The notes under the pieces are model-generated. The model searched no databases, had not been told where the DNA came from, and was given only the letters and a program-made list of their open reading frames with translations. A stretch of 64,000 nucleotides of DNA. Origin: Minisyncoccota bacterium (GTDB lineage Bacteria > Patescibacteriota > Minisyncoccia > Phycocordibacterales > UBA9973). The stretch lies in NCBI GenBank assembly GCA_041674285.1, contig JBAYVZ010000005.1, forward strand, positions 5,176 to 69,175, written 5' to 3'. A program made the translations under genes and the position numbers. Below are positions 63,960 to 64,000 of this stretch, one piece after another (the stretch's first letter is position 1; each line of letters starts with the position of its first letter).

Positions 63960-64000
63960 TGTAGGATGTGTTGATTTATATGGGTTAAAATAGAAAAAAT

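Noticed and set aside
1-64000. tRNA, rRNA, tmRNA, RNase P RNA and SRP RNA genes.
   Set aside because: No region shows cloverleaf-compatible GC-rich 70-90-nt segments or known conserved ncRNA strings. All GC-rich patches are accounted for by terminators and repeats.

Overview
This window is an AT-rich (roughly 35% GC by eye) chromosomal segment with compact genes, consistent with a small-genome, Patescibacteria/CPR-like bacterium. It includes the replication origin. Core genes are readable, and annotation is by reading the sequence and the supplied ORF track only; no tools were run. In order: xer-like recombinase (partial), rpsO, tdh-kbl, glmS, pgi/pmi-like, pnp, dksA/traR-like, comM, a TrmB-family regulator, an M23/LysM hydrolase, uvrD/pcrA-like helicase, rsmA, jag-yidC-yidD-rnpA-rpmH on the minus strand diverging from dnaA-dnaN, a class A PBP, tyrS, ruvC, ruvB, a pilB-like ATPase, tsaE and an ABC exporter. 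Most intergenic gaps end in clean bidirectional hairpin terminators.

Two things stand out.

(1) A family of about 125-nt elements, 8 full copies plus 1 degenerate, each with 12-14-bp terminal inverted repeats (CCCGTTAGAGAT ... ATCTCTAACGGG), that always ends exactly on the ATG of the downstream gene and always lies in that gene's orientation. A conserved subterminal hairpin precedes the 3' arm, and both the terminal pair and the hairpin co-vary between copies, so complementarity is preserved. Four copies are flanked by identical 5-nt direct repeats (ATGGA or ATGGG). Copies sit between cistrons of the rpmH-rnpA-yidD-yidC-jag operon, where the rnpA stop codon is embedded in a terminal arm. One copy separates virB4 into two cistrons.

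(2) A 16.7-kb plus-strand island (26.4-43.1 kb) between rsmA and jag that encodes a minimal Gram-positive-type type IV secretion-like apparatus. It contains VirB4 split into an N-domain ORF and an ATPase ORF, a VirB3/PrgI-like 2-TM protein, a 1025-aa VirB6/TcpH-like polytopic protein with a His-rich tail, and a protein combining a VirB2-like helical hairpin with an M15/VanY peptidoglycan-hydrolase domain. These lie among several large secreted or anchored proteins, with no relaxase or coupling protein.

Two further repeat families are present. One is a structured about-105-nt element (4 copies) with TSD-like AT-rich direct repeats. The other is a GC-rich 45-nt hairpin unit (5 units) that also reads in-frame into a DUF559 gene.

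Other points: a 32-bp perfect palindrome upstream of a 999-aa repeat-containing membrane protein, a cysteine-rich multi-zinc-ribbon protein, DnaA boxes at oriC, and ruvC/ruvB without ruvA.
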